From the NCBI GenBank assembly GCA_963717865.1, contig CAVQXL010000005.1, positions 337,716 through 401,715 of the forward strand: a stretch of 64,000 nucleotides of DNA. Reading direction: 5' to 3'. Numbering within the stretch: position 1 is the first letter of the stretch; each line of letters begins with the position of its first letter. The translations under genes and the position numbers were made by a program. This document shows, piece by piece, positions 60,525 to 64,000 of this stretch. The stretch comes from Candidatus Aminicenantes bacterium (GTDB taxonomy: Bacteria; Acidobacteriota; Aminicenantia; Aminicenantales; Saccharicenantaceae). The notes under the pieces were generated by a model. It was not told the DNA's origin and searched no databases. It saw only the letters and a program-made list of their open reading frames with translations.

Positions 60525-62655
60525 CTATTCCTTGTCCAACCCCCGATTCCGCAGAAGCGGCTCGATCCCCGGCTCCCGTCCCCGGAAGCGCACGTACTGG
60601 GCCATGGGCTCCTCGGTCCCGAACGGCTCCAGGATGTTCTTGCGGAAGGACAGCGGCCGTCTCCCGGTCGAAGATCCCCTTCTCCTTGAACGCCTCGAAG
60701 GCGTCGCAGTCGAGGACCTCCGACCAGATGTAGACGTAGTAGCCGGCCGAATAGCCGCCGCTGAAGATGTGGCTGAAGTAGGTGCAGCGGTAGCGCGGCA
60801 CGATCTCCGGGATGAGCCCGATCGCGGCCATGGCGTCGCTCTCGAACTTGCGGACGTCGACCGCTGCCGCGTCGGGGAGCGTGTGCCAGGCCATGTCCAG
60901 GATGGAGGCGGCCAGGTACTCCGCCGTGATGAAGCCCTGGTTGAAGAGACTGCTCTTCTTGAGCTTCTCGACGAGCTCCGCGGGGATGATCTCGCCGGTC
61001 TGGTAGTGCTTGGCATAGACGGCCAGGAGCTCCGGGCTCGAACGCCCAATGCTCCATGATCTGCGAGGGAAGCTCGACCGAGTCCCGGGCCACGGTGCGG
61101 TCGCGGTAAGCGGCCCTGCGAGAAGAGCGTGGCGAGGGAGTGGCCGAATTCGTGGAAGAACGTCTCGACCTCGTCGGTCGAAAGCAGCGACGGCGCGTCG
61201 GCCGTGGGCCGGGTGAGGTTGCAGACGATCGTGGAGATCGGGCGGGACGCGCTTGCCGTTCTCGACGAAGGAGCGCCGGAAGCGCGCCCGACCAGGCGCC
61301 GCCCCGCTTGCTCTCGCGGGGGTGGAAGTCCAGGTAGAGGACGCCGAGGTGGCTCGCCGTCGGCCTCCTTGACCTCGAAGACCTGGACCTCGGGGTGGTA
61401 GCGGGGCAGGTCGGTCCGCTCCGATGAACTTCAGGCCGTAGAGCTTGCCGCACAGGGCGAAGATGCCGTCGCGGACGTTGTCCAGCTTGAAGTAGGGGCG
61501 GAGGGCGGAGTCGTCGAGGGCGTATTTCTCCTGGCGCAGCTTCTCGGTGGAGTACCACCAGTCCCAGGAGGCGAGCTTATAGCCGCCGCCCGTCGCGGTC
61601 GATGAGGGCCTGCAGGTCCGCGGCCTCCTTCTTTGCCTTGACCAGCGTCGGCTCCCAGAGGCGCTTCAGGAAGGCGTCGACCCGTTCCGGCGTCTTGGCC
61701 ATGTTCTCTTCGAGGATGAACGCGGCGTGGCTCGGGATAGCCGAGGAGCCGGGCTCTTTCCTGCCGGAGGGCGACGATCCCGCGGACGTTCTCCTTGTTG
61801 TCGTTCTCGTTGTCGTTGTCGCCCTTCATGAAATAGGCCCGGTGGAGCTTCTCCCGCAGGTCCCGTTTCTCCGAGTACTGGAGGAAGGGGGTCATGCTGG
61901 GGACCTGGATGGTGAAGAGCCATTTCCCGTCGAGCCCGGCCTGCTTGGCCGTTTCGGCGGCCATGGCGACGACGGAGGCGCGGAAGCCCGGCCAGGTCGG
62001 CCGGGTCCTCGATGACGAGCTTGAAGGCGTTGGTCTCGGCCAGGACGTTCTCGCCGAATTTCACGCTCAGCAGGGAGAGCTCCTGGTTGATCTCGCGAAA
62101 CCGGGCCTTGCTGCTTCGCGTCGAGCAGGGCGCCGCCGCGGACGAAGCCGCGGTAGGCGTTCTCCAGGAGGAAGAGCTCCTCCCGGTCGAGCTTCAGGGC
62201 GGCGCGGCCGTCGTAGACGGCCTTGACCCGGAGGAAGAGCTTCTCGTTGAGGCCGATGTCGTCCCGGTGGGCGGCCAGCATGGGAGCCGTCTTCCGGGCC
62301 AGGGCCTGGAGCTCCTTGTTCGTATTCGCGCCCTGGAGGGCGCCGAAGACGGCCGTCCACCTGGGCGAGCAGGATCCCGGTGTGGTCGAGGGCGGCGATG
62401 GTGTTCTCGAAGGTGGGCGGCTCGGGATTGTCGACGATGGCCGCGATCTCGGCCTGCTCGCGGCGCGATCCCCTCCTCGATGGCCGGCAGGAAGTGCTCG
62501 TTCCTGATGCGGTCGAAGGGCGGGACGTCGAACGGCGTGCCGTAGGGCTTGAAGAACGGATTGTCGGTTTCGACGGGCGGGGCCGCGGGCAGGGGGGATA
62601 TCGCGGACGCAAAGCCCAAAGCCAGAAGGAATAGGACGATGAGACTTTTTTTCAT
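60525..62655 (-). CDS. dcp: M3-family peptidyl-dipeptidase (Dcp/oligopeptidase A-like), secreted, at least 4 apparent frameshifts
   Basis: MKKSLIVLFLLALGFASA signal. ..NPFFKPYGTPFDVPPFDRIRNEHFLPAIEEG.., ..NPEPPTFENTIAALDHTG.. The C-terminus ..FRKNILEPFGTEEPMAQYVRFRGREPGIEPLLRNRGLDKE* is spread over several frames. Confidence 0.8.
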
Positions 62656-62723
62656 GGCCGTTCGCACCTCCTATTAAGGTCGGGGAGGGCTCATTATACA
62701 CAAGTCGCTCCGGAAAAAAACGC

Positions 62724-62752
62724 TTGACAAATAATACGATTAGTATTATTAT
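62724..62752 (+). promoter_or_regulatory. sigma70-type promoter TTGACA-N17-TATTAT upstream of padR-like gene
   Basis: Read directly. Lies 10 nt before ATG 62762 in an AT-rich leader. Confidence 0.55.
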
Positions 62753-62761
62753 ACTATCGCT

Positions 62762-63340
62762 ATGACGAAACGTAATATAGATTCCGATCTGAACCTGGCC
62801 ATCCTGGGACTGCTCTCCCTTCAGCCGCTGTCGGGCTACGGCCTGCGCAAGGTCTTCCTGACCACGGCCATGGGGAATTTCAGCGCGAGCCCGGGAGCCA
62901 TCTATCCGGCCCTCCGGAACCTCGAGGCGGCGGGCCTCGTCAAGGGAACCGTCGAGAACGCGAGGACGCTCCGCCCCCGCCGGGCCTTCACCCTGACCCC
63001 GGAAGGTCGGAGCGCCCTGAGAAGCACATTGTCGCGACCCGTCACCCGGGATGCGGTCAAGAGAGGGATGGACACCCTCCTCCTGCGATTCTCGTTCATG
63101 GACGGGTTGATGCCGAAGGAGGCGATCCTCGGCTTCCTGCGCTCGCTCCGGACCGAGCTCGAGGCCTACCTCGAGGTCCTCGAAAATGAGATCCGGCGCG
63201 ATGCGCCCGGGATGCCCTTCTGCGGCCGGGCCGCGGCCGAATTGGGCCTGGAGGGCTATCGGATGAATGCGCAGTGGGCCGGGAGGATCTATTCCAGGCT
63301 CCTGAAGAAGGAGCTTGACGTCAAAGGAGAAACATCATGA
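62762..63340 (+). CDS. PadR-family transcriptional regulator
   Basis: ..LNLAILGLLSLQPLSGYGLRKVF..SPGAIYPALRNLEAAGLV.. is a winged HTH of the PadR type. 192 aa. Confidence 0.8.
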   Translation: MTKRNIDSDLNLAILGLLSLQPLSGYGLRKVFLTTAMGNFSASPGAIYPALRNLEAAGLVKGTVENARTLRPRRAFTLTPEGRSALRSTLSRPVTRDAVKRGMDTLLLRFSFMDGLMPKEAILGFLRSLRTELEAYLEVLENEIRRDAPGMPFCGRAAAELGLEGYRMNAQWAGRIYSRLLKKELDVKGETS

Positions 63341-64000
63341 GGAAACACAGAGCCAAACCGTTCGGGACCATCGCCTTAGCCCTGTTCGGCCTATCCGCGG
63401 CATTGGTCGCGGCTCCGGCCGCGGCGGAGCCGAAGGAAGGCCTTTCCGGGCTCGCGGGGCCGTTCGACCTGGCGGGGCCGAGGAAGGCCGAGGTCCGGGA
63501 GTACGTCCAGGAAACGCGCCTCGTCCATATGAACATGAAGGGACAGAGGACCGGGACGGAGATCCTCACGCTCAAGCTCCGCTGTGTCCCGTCGGAGCTA
63601 CGCGGCAAGCCCGGCGACGAGTACACCTGCCTCGAGTTCAGCCTCCGGAAGAACGATTCGGAACCCGTGACCGTTCCGGCCCTGGCCGGGTGGACCTACG
63701 TCTTCCTGACAACGACCATGGGCACGGATGAGAAGGGCCAGGTCTTCGGCATTCCGCACGACAAGTTCGAAAACCTCGTGGACAGCCGGGGGGCCAAGAT
63801 CGATGTCGAACACCGATACTTCGTCTACAACAGCTTCATCGATTTCCATGGCTTCGGCGACGTCTTCGCCCGTCCGAGCCCCGGGGGCGCCGGGCTCCAG
63901 GACCTGAAGGTCCCCGGCCAGTCGATCGTTCACGCGGCGGCGTTCACCGAGCCCCCTGTCAATCTCGGGAAAGGGATCAAGGCCGGTTCGTACTTCCGTA
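63337..64000 (+). CDS. secreted hypothetical protein, partial (continues beyond window end)
   Basis: ATG 63337 overlaps the padR stop (ATGA). Signal MRKHRAKPFGTIALALFGLSAALVAAPAAA. The frame is open to the window end. Confidence 0.5.
   Translation, partial: MRKHRAKPFGTIALALFGLSAALVAAPAAAEPKEGLSGLAGPFDLAGPRKAEVREYVQETRLVHMNMKGQRTGTEILTLKLRCVPSELRGKPGDEYTCLEFSLRKNDSEPVTVPALAGWTYVFLTTTMGTDEKGQVFGIPHDKFENLVDSRGAKIDVEHRYFVYNSFIDFHGFGDVFARPSPGGAGLQDLKVPGQSIVHAAAFTEPPVNLGKGIKAGSYFR

Overview
This is a high-GC (~65-70% by eye) bacterial chromosome window, and the organism is probably a diderm. LptB and LptF/G (LPS export), MltG, a GWxTD-domain paralog family and several CarbopepD_reg+TPR proteins suggest an Acidobacteria-like origin, but that is inference. 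About 70 genes are present. Recognisable housekeeping genes are cysK, groES/groEL with a CIRCE-like operator, purC, cvpA, pyrK-pyrD-pyrF, ddl, ruvX/yqgF, mltG, lipA, rpsU, folD, ppdK, etfB with a ferredoxin-fused etfA, lptB, lptF/G and an M3 peptidase (dcp-like). RNA genes are tRNA-Val(CAC), tRNA-Gly(GCC) and tRNA-Cys(GCA). At least ~45 apparent single-base frameshifts break conserved genes (cysK, groEL, ppdK, pyrD, lptB, lipA, dcp and others). This more likely reflects indel-prone sequencing or assembly than real pseudogenes, so fine-scale gene boundaries are approximate. The most interesting region is an intact, tightly packed five-gene operon at 2394-7517. It encodes a KAS III-like condensing enzyme, two paralogous radical SAM enzymes (HpnH-like by motif), a 374-aa GNAT-fold protein and a CDP-alcohol phosphatidyltransferase, which makes it a candidate for an undescribed membrane-lipid tailoring system. 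Other accessory signals are a lower-GC block carrying a split AcnX (DUF521/DUF126) next to a thiolase gene stump; a 2.7-kb lower-GC mini-island bounded by 99-bp direct repeats that include the 3' half of tRNA-Val and carrying a GH9-like hydrolase; a family of C-run/G-run hairpin repeats; an in-frame 117-bp tandem duplication inside a flavodoxin-like gene; and an EndoQ-like nuclease next to a BFN-type nuclease.
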